This document shows, one piece after another, positions 8,761-18,813 of a stretch of 64,000 bases of DNA. Position numbers and translations under genes: made by a program. Numbering within the stretch: position 1 is the first letter of the stretch; each line of letters starts with the position of its first letter. Source of the DNA: Ruminococcus sp. (GTDB lineage Bacteria > Bacillota > Clostridia > Oscillospirales > Ruminococcaceae). The notes below the pieces were generated by a model. That model made no database searches, was not told where the DNA came from, and saw only the letters and a program-made list of their open reading frames with translations. The stretch is from NCBI GenBank assembly GCA_023667165.1, contig JAMPAO010000005.1, positions 19-64,018 on the forward strand. The letters are read 5' to 3'.

Positions 8761-11700
8761 TACATTCACCGACTGTATTTACTTATTCCATAGATCCTAA
8801 GAATTCGAAGGACAAGCAGATTAAGGTAGTTGCCAAGCTGTATCCGGACTATAACGGAGAAGGATATTCGGAGGATACGGCTGTTGCTTTTGGAAATTAT
8901 GACGCTGACAGTGAAAGCTTTTACGGTGAACATACTTTTGAAAATGCTCCGGAAAGGATACGTTTTGATCCTGTAGGCGGATCGTTTTGTGTTGCGGAGA
9001 ATGTAAGGGTTTCGACAGAAAAAGGAAAGGCAGATATAACTTGTCACAATGGAATAAAGTATGGGGATTTTTATGTTTTTGATCATTTTGATTCCCAGCT
9101 TATATTTGAAAATAAAAATAAATCGCGTAAATTCCGTATTAAAGCGGATATTTATCCTTTTAACAGCTTGTCTGCAATTGCTTTTATGGATAAGGTAACG
9201 GCGGATAACAAGGATCTGCTTGAAAATAACAGGAAGCTGGAAAGCGAAAAGGCAGGACTTATGTCCGACAAGAAGAGGCTGGAGGGAGAAAAAGCAGGAC
9301 TTATGTCCGACAAGAAGAGGCTGGAGGGAGAAAAAGCAGGACTTATGTCCGACAAGAAGAGGCTGGAGAGCAAGGTTTTCGAGCTTAACTGCGTCATTGG
9401 GTCTAATACAAAGAAATATAATGATTTCAAATATGAAAGCGCAAAGAAAAATGAACAGTTGGAGAAAGAGATCGAAAATAAGAACAGGGAAATTGAAAAT
9501 AAGATCAAAGAGCTTGAAAGCGCAAATGCGGTTATTCGCAGCGACAGGGAAACTGCCCGCAGTATTCTTTCGGCAGGCAGCCGGACAGGCGGCAGGTATG
9601 CCGCTGCGTGTGCGCTGAAGCGCGGCTTTTTTGCTGCAAGAACAAATGCTGCCGCTATAAAAATCATAAGGAAAAACGGCGGCTTTGATGTGCTTTATTA
9701 TTGCAGAAAATACGGTGATATTGCCGAAAGCGGCATGGATCCGCTGCTCCATTATATATGGTATGGGGGATATGAGGGAAGAAATCCCTCCGAAAGCTTT
9801 GATTCCGCAAAATATCTTGCTGCTTATGAGGATGTGAAAAAAAGCGGGGTCAATCCCTTTGCGCATTATGTTGTTTTTGGGAAGGATGAGGGAAGGAAGG
9901 CAATAGGGGTAAATCTGCCGAAAAAAAATACTGCGGTAAGGCCGGAGAAAAATGTTAAACCCATAGAAAAAAGCAAGACGGTTAATTCTCCGAAGACACT
10001 GAAAAACAATGAATCTTCTGTAGCTATAAATGATCATCAATCGGAATTCAGCTACAGAGAGTTTGGCTATACTTTTTTTTCAAAAAGACTAAAGGCACTG
10101 AAAGAAAAAGTAATCACGATCATTGTTCCGGTGTACAATGCATATGAGGAAACGGCTGAGTGCATAGAATATGTGCTTAAAAATACTGATTTTCCTTACA
10201 GGCTTATGCTTATCAACGATTGCAGCACCGATGAAAGGATAAGTCCGTTACTTGATAAATATAAACAAAACGAGAATGTGACTGTCATTGAAAATGAAGA
10301 AAATTTCGGTTTTGTAAGAACGGTAAATTACGGGATAACTCACAGTGAAAATGATGTGGTATTCCTTAACAGTGATACCAAGGTCACCAAGGGCTGGCTG
10401 CGAAAACTTGCCGTGGCTGCGTATCATAAAGGCAATATTGCAACGGTAACGCCTTTTTCCAACGCTGCAGGAGCGTTCAGTGTACCTGTTATGGGTGAAA
10501 ATAAAGATATACCCGCAGAATTTGATCTTGAAACAATGTCCAGCGTTACAGAGCGCTGCTCAAAGCTTGACTATGTTGACGTGCCTACAGGTAATGGATT
10601 TTGTATGTATGTAACAAGGAAAGCTATTGATTCGGTAGGTATTCTTGATTATGAGGCGTTTTCGAGAGGATACGGCGAGGAAAATGATTTCTGCATGAGA
10701 GCTAAAAATGCCGGATTTATAAATATCATTGCCGATGATACGTATATCTATCACAAAAGAAGCGCTTCATTCAAAGATGAAAAACAGAAGCTTATTACAG
10801 AAAACAGAAAGATACTGGATGCAAGATATCCCGAATACAGCAGTGAGATAACTAAATTTTCTGTGTCCCCGGAGCTTATTGCAAACAGAAACCGGATAAA
10901 GGATATTGTTGATAATAAGCAGTCAGCTCCTTTTTTAAGAAAGAGGCTGCTGTATGTTTTGCATGAGGGTACCGGAGGAACCGTGAAAACCAATGAGGAT
11001 CTTATGCATTTTGCGGAGAAGAATAATTATGAAGTTTTCATGCTTACTTCAAATACAAGTCAAATGAAGCTTTATTCGGAGTCAGACGGCAGTTTAAATC
11101 TTCTTCATACATGGAAGTTGGAAACAAAATGGGATATATCAAATTTTTATGTTCCCGAATATGCGGACATTTATTTCGATGTTCTCTGTAATTTGCACAT
11201 AGAGCTTGTTCATATCAGACATCTTTTTAAGCATAGCTTTGATATTGTGGACATTGCCGATGTACTGCGCATACCGGTCATACTGTCTTTTCATGATTTT
11301 TATTTTATTTGCCCCAGTATAAATTTAGTGAACAGTGACAAAAAATATTGCAATGCTGAGTGCAGAGAGTGCGATGAAAAATGCGTTACTCCGTCGGTTT
11401 ACGTTAAGGTGCGGTATCCTTTGAATGAATGGACCAAAGAAATCTGGAGAGCAGAGCTTTCAAAATTATATACAAAGATCAAAGCGTTTGTTACTACTTC
11501 CGAATATACGAAGAAAACATATTTAAAGATCTATCCGGAGCTTTCGGACAGATTTTATGTTATTGAACACGGAAGAAACTTTGATTATGACAGACATTAC
11601 AGAGGTGGGATCCCGAGTGAGGATAAGATCGTCATTCTTCTGCCGGGAAATATAAATATGAATAAGGGCGGCGATTATATTAACAAGCTTATCGATATTG

Positions 11701-13223
11701 ATAAGGAAAAAAAGCTGGAGTTTCACTGTATGGGGGCATTGTCAACAGAGTTGCCCAAGGAGTTCAAGGATAAGATCATATATCACGGGAAGTATGTTAG
11801 GGAGGATTTCGTGCGGTTGGTGAATGAGATAGCTCCCGCTTATATCGGTATTTTTTCCATATGGCCTGAAACCTATTGTCATGTGCTTACAGAAGCGTGG
11901 AGCTGCGGAGTTCCTTGTATTGTATCTGACATAGGTACACTTAAGGAGCGTGCAGACGCTCAAGGGGGATGCATTAAAGCCGATCTTGACGATGTGGAAA
12001 AAACATACAAGGAAATCATAGATATTTCCTTTTCGGAGAAGTATTTTGAATTATGTGAACAGGTTCAAAAGGCTGATATTCATTCAATAGAACGAATGGG
12101 AACAGAGTATCTTGCATTGTATGATAAAATAATTAATAAATGTTTTTTAAATGATATCGAAAGGGGCACAATGATATGGGTAAATAACTATATCAGAACA
12201 GGAGAATATCACGGTTCATCGTATATTCGTGTAGTATCGCCTATTATGAATAATCCGGTAATTCGGCGAAATTTAACGGTTGCTGAAGCTCGCCATGCTT
12301 CGGATATTCCGTTTGAAAGCGAGGTAGTATCATATATAATTGTTCTTGTTCAGAGGGAAAAGATTGATAATGATTCTGTTTTACTTCTCCAAGAAAAGGT
12401 AAAAGAATATCCAAGTCTTAAAATCATTTTTGAAATAGATGATAATCTGATAAGTATTAATGAGAATCATCCCCATTATTCCATGTATGAAAATAATATT
12501 AATAAGATAAGGAGTATCTCAAAAATAGCTTCTAAGATTATTACTACCAGTGAAGTGATCTCAAAAGGGTTAAATACTTCCGTAGCGGTAATACCTAACT
12601 ATATAGACAACAGGCTATGGAACATAACGGATAAAAATACAGTTTTTTCAAAAAAGAAATTTGTGAAAATTCTTTATTTTGGCACATCGTCTCACTGTCG
12701 TGATTTGGCAATATTGAAAGAGCCTATCGAAATGCTTAACAATAGATTGAAAAATGAAGACATAAGAGCGGTTCTTGTTGTTGTCGGATGTTCAAATGAA
12801 CAAGAAGATTGGTTCGATGTTCTTAAAGTGCCGAATGATTCAAAGACATATCCCGAATTTGTAAAGTGGTTGAAAGAGGTGAATGATTTTGATATCGGTG
12901 TTGCCCCCTTGGATCTTTCAATAGATTTAAATTATGCTAAAAGTCCGCTTAAATATTTTGAATATGCCGCTCTTGGGTTGCCGTGCGTTTGTACGGCTAT
13001 AAAGCCGTATAATGAGGCGGTGATTAACGGTCAAACGGGATTTCTTATAAAAGACAATGCGGCTGACGAATGGGCGGATGCTATATATCAGCTTGTTATG
13101 AGTGCAGAGCTTAGAGAAAAAATAGTTTCAAATGCCAAATCGGATATTGAAAAAAATCATATGCTTTCCGATCATTACAGCGAAATAGCAGATATATTTT
13201 TAAACATGGAGGAAAAATCATGA
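7878..13223 (+). CDS. 1781-aa multidomain protein: radical SAM/SPASM domain + beta-rich region + helical tandem-repeat/coiled-coil linker + HYxxxGxxEGR repeats + GT2 + two GT-B (GT4/GT1-like) domains
   Basis: A single uninterrupted ORF. CX3CX2C (CNAKCTWC, nt 7920-7943), GEPFLNPE, and a Cys-rich SPASM-like tail (CPQDD..PCCRL..CAECK). GT2: [31 protein letters not shown] 1: [26 protein letters not shown] 2: [26 protein letters not shown]. Confidence 0.8.
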   Translation: MNAFKKATIEISSGCNAKCTWCTTGKKNRSGCSDKTEFMSAESFEKGLFYMMEKGIIDKNTEIELYNWGEPFLNPEINTICGIITKYGFQYHLSTNASVYREINAEYLTNLSGFRVSLSGFSKESYSITHSLNFTKVMDNIVKFCDMLKAANKQNVMDITFLVYKFNCHEINKAKDHFNNLGIKFTPRLAYYNDFEQFQAFLNKSMPDEMKKMSEEQIFEDLLSQRASEAPAHFRCPQDDFIVLSYDWKIVPCCRLTENETLGNLFDMDLDQIKEKKNQIAQCAECKQSNQHYIVHSPTVFTYSIDPKNSKDKQIKVVAKLYPDYNGEGYSEDTAVAFGNYDADSESFYGEHTFENAPERIRFDPVGGSFCVAENVRVSTEKGKADITCHNGIKYGDFYVFDHFDSQLIFENKNKSRKFRIKADIYPFNSLSAIAFMDKVTADNKDLLENNRKLESEKAGLMSDKKRLEGEKAGLMSDKKRLEGEKAGLMSDKKRLESKVFELNCVIGSNTKKYNDFKYESAKKNEQLEKEIENKNREIENKIKELESANAVIRSDRETARSILSAGSRTGGRYAAACALKRGFFAARTNAAAIKIIRKNGGFDVLYYCRKYGDIAESGMDPLLHYIWYGGYEGRNPSESFDSAKYLAAYEDVKKSGVNPFAHYVVFGKDEGRKAIGVNLPKKNTAVRPEKNVKPIEKSKTVNSPKTLKNNESSVAINDHQSEFSYREFGYTFFSKRLKALKEKVITIIVPVYNAYEETAECIEYVLKNTDFPYRLMLINDCSTDERISPLLDKYKQNENVTVIENEENFGFVRTVNYGITHSENDVVFLNSDTKVTKGWLRKLAVAAYHKGNIATVTPFSNAAGAFSVPVMGENKDIPAEFDLETMSSVTERCSKLDYVDVPTGNGFCMYVTRKAIDSVGILDYEAFSRGYGEENDFCMRAKNAGFINIIADDTYIYHKRSASFKDEKQKLITENRKILDARYPEYSSEITKFSVSPELIANRNRIKDIVDNKQSAPFLRKRLLYVLHEGTGGTVKTNEDLMHFAEKNNYEVFMLTSNTSQMKLYSESDGSLNLLHTWKLETKWDISNFYVPEYADIYFDVLCNLHIELVHIRHLFKHSFDIVDIADVLRIPVILSFHDFYFICPSINLVNSDKKYCNAECRECDEKCVTPSVYVKVRYPLNEWTKEIWRAELSKLYTKIKAFVTTSEYTKKTYLKIYPELSDRFYVIEHGRNFDYDRHYRGGIPSEDKIVILLPGNINMNKGGDYINKLIDIDKEKKLEFHCMGALSTELPKEFKDKIIYHGKYVREDFVRLVNEIAPAYIGIFSIWPETYCHVLTEAWSCGVPCIVSDIGTLKERADAQGGCIKADLDDVEKTYKEIIDISFSEKYFELCEQVQKADIHSIERMGTEYLALYDKIINKCFLNDIERGTMIWVNNYIRTGEYHGSSYIRVVSPIMNNPVIRRNLTVAEARHASDIPFESEVVSYIIVLVQREKIDNDSVLLLQEKVKEYPSLKIIFEIDDNLISINENHPHYSMYENNINKIRSISKIASKIITTSEVISKGLNTSVAVIPNYIDNRLWNITDKNTVFSKKKFVKILYFGTSSHCRDLAILKEPIEMLNNRLKNEDIRAVLVVVGCSNEQEDWFDVLKVPNDSKTYPEFVKWLKEVNDFDIGVAPLDLSIDLNYAKSPLKYFEYAALGLPCVCTAIKPYNEAVINGQTGFLIKDNAADEWADAIYQLVMSAELREKIVSNAKSDIEKNHMLSDHYSEIADIFLNMEEKS
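9204..9570 (+). other. charged helical / coiled-coil-like linker of the megaprotein
   Basis: [14 protein letters not shown]...(3x14-aa repeat)...[42 protein letters not shown]. Leu/Ile recur at 7-residue spacing. Confidence 0.55.
9237..9370 (+). repeat. in-frame 42-bp tandem repeat, 3 full units plus a partial fourth
   Basis: Units at 9237-9278, 9279-9320 and 9321-9362, then a partial copy CTGGAGAG. Units 2 and 3 are identical; unit 1 differs only in its first ~15 nt. Encodes ([14 protein letters not shown])x3. Confidence 0.95.
10110..10800 (+). other. GT2 (GT-A fold) domain of the megaprotein
   Basis: [47 protein letters not shown] (DxD-like), [10 protein letters not shown]. Confidence 0.75.
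10940..12140 (+). other. first GT-B (GT4-like) domain of the megaprotein
   Basis: [21 protein letters not shown], the E-x7-E-like region [27 protein letters not shown], and the Cys-rich insert [25 protein letters not shown]. Confidence 0.6.
12171..13220 (+). other. second GT-B (GT1/GT4-like) domain of the megaprotein
   Basis: [64 protein letters not shown]. Confidence 0.55.
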
Positions 13224-14458
13224 AAATTGCCATTGCCGGTACCGGCTATGTAGGACTGTCATTGGCTGTGCTTCTGGCGCAGCATAATACTGTGACAGCG
13301 GTGGATATAATCCCCGAAAAGGTGGATATGATAAACAACGGAAAATCTCCTATACAGGATGAATATATTGAAAAATATCTGGCTGAAAAAAAACTGGATC
13401 TTACTGCCGCTCTCGACGCTGCAAAGGCTTACGGAAACGCGGAGATCGTGGTTATTGCCGCACCGACAAATTATGATCCCGCAAAAAATTTTTTTGATAC
13501 TTCTGCCGTTGAAAACGTTATCGGGACAGTTATTAAATGCAATCCCAACGCGTTGATGGTGATCAAATCTACTGTTCCGGTGGGATTTACCGAGAAAATA
13601 CGCAAAGTTACCGGATCGGAAAACATTTTATTCAGTCCCGAATTTTTGCGGGAAGGCAAGGCTCTTTATGATAATTTGTATCCTTCCCGAATAATTGTGG
13701 GAACCGATATGAAGAATGAAAATCTTATAAAAGCCGCCTGCACGTTTGCCGGACTTTTGCGTCAAGGTGCGCTGAAGGATAATATAGAAACATTATATAT
13801 GGGTTTCACCGAGGCGGAGGCGGTCAAGCTTTTTTCCAACACCTATCTTGCGCTGCGAGTGTCATATTTTAATGAGCTTGATACTTATGCGGAAACAAAA
13901 GGCCTCAGCACAAAGGATATTATCAACGGAGTGTGCCTTGATCCAAGGATCGGCAGTCATTATAATAATCCTTCTTTTGGATACGGCGGCTATTGCCTGC
14001 CCAAGGATACAAAGCAGCTTCTGGCAAATTACGAGAATATTCCTCAGAATATGATGTCAGCCATTGTGGAGTCCAACAGGACAAGAAAGGATTTCATTGC
14101 CGACAGAATCCTTGCGAAAGCGGGATATTACGCTTACAACGAAAAAAGCGAGTACGACAGCAGCCGTGAAAAGCAGGTCACTGTGGGTGTTTATCGGCTG
14201 ACGATGAAGTCAAACAGCGATAATTTCAGGCAAAGCTCCATTCAAGGCGTTATGAAGAGGATAAAGGGAAAAGGGGCTAAGGTGATAATATACGAGCCGT
14301 CGTTAAAGGATGGAGATACCTTTTTCGGCAGTCTTGTGGTAAACGATCCGGCGGCATTTAAGGCGCAAAGCGACGCTATTATTGCCAACAGATATGACAA
14401 GTGCCTTGACGATGTGAGGGAAAAGGTTTACACAAGGGATATTTTTGAAAGAGATTAG
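13220..14458 (+). CDS. ugd: UDP-glucose 6-dehydrogenase
   Basis: [20 protein letters not shown] Rossmann motif; catalytic [10 protein letters not shown]; 412 aa. ATGA overlap with the preceding stop. Confidence 0.9.
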   Translation: MKIAIAGTGYVGLSLAVLLAQHNTVTAVDIIPEKVDMINNGKSPIQDEYIEKYLAEKKLDLTAALDAAKAYGNAEIVVIAAPTNYDPAKNFFDTSAVENVIGTVIKCNPNALMVIKSTVPVGFTEKIRKVTGSENILFSPEFLREGKALYDNLYPSRIIVGTDMKNENLIKAACTFAGLLRQGALKDNIETLYMGFTEAEAVKLFSNTYLALRVSYFNELDTYAETKGLSTKDIINGVCLDPRIGSHYNNPSFGYGGYCLPKDTKQLLANYENIPQNMMSAIVESNRTRKDFIADRILAKAGYYAYNEKSEYDSSREKQVTVGVYRLTMKSNSDNFRQSSIQGVMKRIKGKGAKVIIYEPSLKDGDTFFGSLVVNDPAAFKAQSDAIIANRYDKCLDDVREKVYTRDIFERD

Positions 14459-14550
14459 GCGCAAAAGGATGAATTTCAGCGTATGTGTATTCACATACTT
14501 GCAAAGCCTATAAACATATAAAACAGTCAGATCATGGGAGCGTATCATAT

Positions 14551-15471
14551 ATGAATATATTGATAACCGGTGCAAAGGGTCAACTGGGTCGGGAGCTTGT
14601 CAGATGCTTTGAAAGAAGGTTCACCGAAATAGGCGTCCCCGAGGCGCTCAAAGCGGAAAACAAGATCACAGCCGCCGATGTGGATGAGTTGGATATTACG
14701 GATATTAGAGCTGTAAAGGATTTTTTTGCCGGCAAGGGCCTTGAGGCGGTCATAAACTGTGCGGCGTTCACCAATGTGGACGGCTGCGAAAGCAATTTTG
14801 ATGCCGCTTTCAGAGTTAATGCCATTGGAGCGAGAAACCTTGCCATAGCTTGTAACGAGCATAATGCAAAGCTCATTCATGTATCCACCGACTATGTTTT
14901 TGCGGGGGATGGGAATATTCCCAAAAGAGAATGCGATCTGCCCGCTCCAAAAAGCGCCTACGGCAGCACCAAGCTGTTGGGGGAACAGTATGTGAGGGAA
15001 TTTTGCAGTAAATATTTTATCGTCCGCACGGCATGGCTTTACGGATATGAGGGGAAGAATTTCGTTAAGACCATGATAAACGCGGGGCGCAGGCTCGGCA
15101 AGCTGACGGTAGTTGACGATCAGCGGGGAAACCCCACTAATGCCGCCGACTTAGCGCACCATCTTATAAAGCTTCTTAACACGGAGGAATATGGCGTTTA
15201 TCACGCCACGGGAGCGGGTGAATGCTCCTGGTGCGAGTTTGCAAGGGAGATAATCAAGCTGGCGGGTATAGAGGCAGATGTTGCGGCGTGCAGCTCGGAG
15301 GAATATGCGGCGGCGCACCCGGAGGCTGCCGAACGTCCCAAATACTCGGCTTTGGATAATTGTATGCTGCGGGCGGCGGTTGGGGACGAGTTCCGGACGT
15401 GGCAGGATGCTCTCAAAGTCTTTATGGATAATTACCGGAAAACAAATGAATTTGAGCGGCTTGGAAAATAA
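14551..15471 (+). CDS. rfbD: dTDP-4-dehydrorhamnose reductase
   Basis: MNILITGAKGQLGRELV, STDYVF, YGSTKLLGE. GGGAG RBS 10 nt upstream of ATG 14551. The track start at 14485 was rejected. Confidence 0.88.
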   Translation: MNILITGAKGQLGRELVRCFERRFTEIGVPEALKAENKITAADVDELDITDIRAVKDFFAGKGLEAVINCAAFTNVDGCESNFDAAFRVNAIGARNLAIACNEHNAKLIHVSTDYVFAGDGNIPKRECDLPAPKSAYGSTKLLGEQYVREFCSKYFIVRTAWLYGYEGKNFVKTMINAGRRLGKLTVVDDQRGNPTNAADLAHHLIKLLNTEEYGVYHATGAGECSWCEFAREIIKLAGIEADVAACSSEEYAAAHPEAAERPKYSALDNCMLRAAVGDEFRTWQDALKVFMDNYRKTNEFERLGK

Positions 15472-15537
15472 GTTGATCGGAAGCGCTGAATACGCTCTGC
15501 GATTTAACTGTCGAATTATGGCTTACGGAGGTAAAAT

Positions 15538-16557
15538 ATGACTGTTATAGTAACCGGCGGAGCAGGCTTTATAGGCTCCAATTTCATTTTTCATATGATG
15601 AAAAAATATCCGGAGTACCGGATAATTTGTCTTGACTGCCTTACCTATGCGGGCAATCTTTCCACACTGAAAAGCGTTATGGACAAACCCAATTTCCGTT
15701 TTGTCAAAGCGTCCGTTACCGACCGTCAGGCGGCGGACAGACTTTTTGACGAGGAAAAGCCGGACATTGTCGTCAATTTTGCCGCTGAAAGCCATGTTGA
15801 CCGCTCTATCGAAAATCCTTCGGTTTTTTTGGAAACCAACATAATGGGTACGCAGGTAATGATGGACGCCTGCCGCAAGCACGGCGTAAAGCGCTATCAT
15901 CAAGTTTCCACGGACGAGGTGTACGGAGATCTTCCTCTTGACAGACCCGATCTGTTTTTTACGGAGGAAACGCCCATTCACACATCAAGTCCTTACAGCG
16001 CCTCAAAAGCGAGCGCCGATCTGCTTGTGATGGCGTATCACAGGACTTTCGGACTGCCTGCGACGATCTCCAGATGTTCCAATAACTACGGTCCTTACCA
16101 TTTCCCCGAAAAGCTGATACCTCTTATGATCGCCAACGCTCTTGCCGACAAGCCTCTGCCCGTTTACGGCAAAGGGGAGAATGTCAGAGACTGGCTGTAT
16201 GTGAAGGATCACTGCAAGGCTATCGACCTTATTATCCACAACGGCAAGGAGGGAGAGATCTACAATATCGGCGGTCACAACGAAATGGCCAACATCGACA
16301 TTGTTAAGATCATTCTTAAGGAGCTGGGAAAGCCGGAGAGCCTTATAACCTATGTTGCCGACCGAAAGGGACACGATATGCGTTATGCTATCGATCCTGC
16401 CAAGATACACCGTGAATTGGGCTGGCTGCCGGAAACCAAATTCGCAGACGGTATTAAAACTACCATTAAATGGTATCTCGACAATCGGGAATGGTGGGAA
16501 GAGATCATTTCCGGCGAATACAGGAATTATTACGAAAGAATGTACGGTAACAGGTGA
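15538..16557 (+). CDS. rfbB: dTDP-glucose 4,6-dehydratase
   Basis: VIVTGGAGFIGSNF, HQVSTDEVYG, YSASKASADLLV; 339 aa. Confidence 0.92.
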   Translation: MTVIVTGGAGFIGSNFIFHMMKKYPEYRIICLDCLTYAGNLSTLKSVMDKPNFRFVKASVTDRQAADRLFDEEKPDIVVNFAAESHVDRSIENPSVFLETNIMGTQVMMDACRKHGVKRYHQVSTDEVYGDLPLDRPDLFFTEETPIHTSSPYSASKASADLLVMAYHRTFGLPATISRCSNNYGPYHFPEKLIPLMIANALADKPLPVYGKGENVRDWLYVKDHCKAIDLIIHNGKEGEIYNIGGHNEMANIDIVKIILKELGKPESLITYVADRKGHDMRYAIDPAKIHRELGWLPETKFADGIKTTIKWYLDNREWWEEIISGEYRNYYERMYGNR

Positions 16558-16644
16558 AATAAGCGGAAACGGCATTTCGGAAAGTCAAATATGATTTAAA
16601 TGGCTTTGGAATATTTCGTCTTTATCATCGGAGGTTGATTTTTT

Positions 16645-17214
16645 ATGGGCAAATTTAATTTTACGGAAACGGGAATAAAGGATCTGTATGTGATAGAACC
16701 TACGGTTTACGGCGACAGCCGCGGATATTTCATGGAAACGTATAATGCGGAGTTTGAGCCGTACGTAAAGCACTTGGACGGCTCGCCTGCAAGCTTTGTG
16801 CAGGATAATCAGTCAAAATCAAAAAAAGGCGTGCTTAGGGGACTGCATTTTCAGAAGAACAACCCTCAGGGAAAGCTGGTTCGGTGCCTTGAGGGAGAGG
16901 TTTTTGATGTGGCGGTGGATCTGCGGGGGGACAGTGAGACCTACGGTAAATGGTACGGAGCGGTGCTGAGCGCGGAGAACAAGAAGATGTTCTATGTACC
17001 CGAGGGGTTCGCGCATGGATTTTCCGTGCTGACCGATACCGCGACTTTTTCCTACAAATGCACGCGGTACTATGATCCAAGCGACGAGGGGGGTATCATG
17101 TGGAACGATCCCGATATCGGTGTGGAATGGAAGCTGTCTCCGGAGGGAGAGGTCTGCCTGAGCGAGAAGGATATGAAAAACCCCGCATTTAAGGAGCTGG
17201 GATTTAAATTCTGA
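16645..17214 (+). CDS. rfbC: dTDP-4-dehydrorhamnose 3,5-epimerase
   Basis: DSRGYFMETY, GVLRGLHFQ, VPEGFAHGF; 189 aa. Confidence 0.92.
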   Translation: MGKFNFTETGIKDLYVIEPTVYGDSRGYFMETYNAEFEPYVKHLDGSPASFVQDNQSKSKKGVLRGLHFQKNNPQGKLVRCLEGEVFDVAVDLRGDSETYGKWYGAVLSAENKKMFYVPEGFAHGFSVLTDTATFSYKCTRYYDPSDEGGIMWNDPDIGVEWKLSPEGEVCLSEKDMKNPAFKELGFKF

Positions 17215-17260
17215 CCCTTGCGGCAGGATGTTTATTATATGATTTGGAGTAAAAAAGTCT

Positions 17261-18037
17261 ATGAGTAAATATTTTCGGGTTTTTCTGAAATATAAAAATC
17301 TTATATTGTATCTTGCGAAAACTCAGATCTCATTAAAATACAGAAAATCCTATCTGGGACTGCTGTGGAGTCTTCTGAACCCGCTGCTTACCATGGTGAT
17401 CCTTACTATGGTTTTTTCGGGAATGTTCAAGAACAATATAGAAAATTTTCCCATATATCTGATGTGCGGCAGGCTGATATTCGAGTACAATTCGGAGGCG
17501 ACAAAAACCGCCATGAATGCGGTGATCTCCAATTCGTCGCTGATAAAGAAAATATATGTGCCTAAATATGTTTTCCCGCTGTCCTCTTCAATTGCGGCGC
17601 TGGTGAATATGTTCTTTTCGCTGATAGCGCTGCTTATCGTAATGATCGCCACAAAACTTACCTTAAAGTGGACTATGCTGTTTATATGGCTTCCAATGCT
17701 GTATGTGTTCATATTTTCCACGGGACTGGGACTTATACTGGCATCGGCTAACGTGTTTTTCAGAGATACAAAGCATCTTTACGGAGTATTTATTACACTT
17801 TGGATGTATCTTACTCCGCTGTTTTATCCCATTGAATCGGTATCCGAAAGGACGCGGAGCGTCATTGAGATAAATCCGCTGTATCATTTTATCAAAATGT
17901 TCAGAGGAATGATGCTCGACGGCGTGCTGCCGACCTTTCGGGAAAATGTTATATGCCTTTCGCTAGGTCTTGTGATGGTGACAATAGGTCTTATAAGCTT
18001 TAAGAAATGCCAAGATAAGTTTATACTGCATATCTGA
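17261..18037 (+). CDS. ABC-2 type polysaccharide/teichoic-acid export permease (Wzm/TagG/RgpC-like)
   Basis: 258 aa, about 6 TM. SYLGLLWSLLNPLL signature. Directly followed by the cognate ATPase. Confidence 0.85.
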   Translation: MSKYFRVFLKYKNLILYLAKTQISLKYRKSYLGLLWSLLNPLLTMVILTMVFSGMFKNNIENFPIYLMCGRLIFEYNSEATKTAMNAVISNSSLIKKIYVPKYVFPLSSSIAALVNMFFSLIALLIVMIATKLTLKWTMLFIWLPMLYVFIFSTGLGLILASANVFFRDTKHLYGVFITLWMYLTPLFYPIESVSERTRSVIEINPLYHFIKMFRGMMLDGVLPTFRENVICLSLGLVMVTIGLISFKKCQDKFILHI

Positions 18038-18046
18038 GGAGATAAT

Positions 18047-18802
18047 ATGAATACAGATAACATTTCCCCTGAGAGGGAAACGGTCATAACCGTGGACAAT
18101 ATTTCCATGAAATTCAATATGAGCAAGGAAAAGATCGATTCTCTAAAGGAATATTTCATAAAGGTCATGAAAAAAGAGCTGATGTACAAGGAGTTCACGG
18201 CTCTCAACAGCATTTCCTTTGAGGTGAAGAAAGGCGAAGTGCTGGGTTTGGTGGGACTTAACGGCTCGGGAAAAAGCACGCTGCTGAAAATAATTGCCGG
18301 AGTCATGAAACCCACGGAGGGTAAGGTCACGGTAAAGGGTTCTGTTGCGCCTCTTATAGAGGTGGGAGCGGGGTTCAACGGAAATCTTTCCGGTCGGGAG
18401 AATATTTTCCTCAACGGCTATCTTTTGGGTTTTTCCAAGGAATATATAAACGAACACATAGAGGAAATAATTGATTTTGCGGAGCTGGGAGAATTTATTG
18501 ACGTTCCAGTGAAAAATTATTCTTCGGGCATGAAATCACGGTTGGGTTTTGCTATTGCGACTGCTGTGAAGCCGCAGATACTGATAGTCGACGAGGTTCT
18601 GGCGGTGGGCGACTTCAAATTTCAGCAGAAGTGCCACGACCGCATAGAACAAATGATGTCGGACAATACAACTGTGCTGTTTGTTTCCCATTCTATCGAT
18701 CAGGTCAAATCCCTTTGTACAAGGTGTATATGGCTGGAAAAAGGTAGAATGGTTGAGGACGGGGAATGCATGGAGATTTGCAGAAAGTATATGAACAAAT
18801 GA
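18047..18802 (+). CDS. ABC transporter ATP-binding protein (Wzt/TagH/RgpD-like), short form without a C-terminal extension
   Basis: Walker A GLNGSGKST, signature YSSGMKSRL, Walker B ILIVDEVLAVGD. Only 251 aa. Confidence 0.88.
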   Translation: MNTDNISPERETVITVDNISMKFNMSKEKIDSLKEYFIKVMKKELMYKEFTALNSISFEVKKGEVLGLVGLNGSGKSTLLKIIAGVMKPTEGKVTVKGSVAPLIEVGAGFNGNLSGRENIFLNGYLLGFSKEYINEHIEEIIDFAELGEFIDVPVKNYSSGMKSRLGFAIATAVKPQILIVDEVLAVGDFKFQQKCHDRIEQMMSDNTTVLFVSHSIDQVKSLCTRCIWLEKGRMVEDGECMEICRKYMNK

Positions 18803-18813
18803 AAGGATAAACA

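Noticed and set aside
9237-9370. Could the 42-bp repeats be a CRISPR array?
   Set aside because: The units are directly contiguous with no spacers, lie in frame inside a long CDS, and encode a sensible peptide repeat. No cas genes are nearby.
14485-14550. Upstream-extended start codons offered by the track (14485, 24502, 26694, 29409, 34810, 40122, 40895, 41623, 45825, 48499, 51066, 57040, 61414)
   Set aside because: In each case an internal ATG or GTG has a proper GGAGG-like RBS at 6-10 nt and gives the N-terminus typical of the family (for example MNILITGA for RfbD, MKTVAVIP for the cytidylyltransferase). The extensions overlap promoters or upstream genes.
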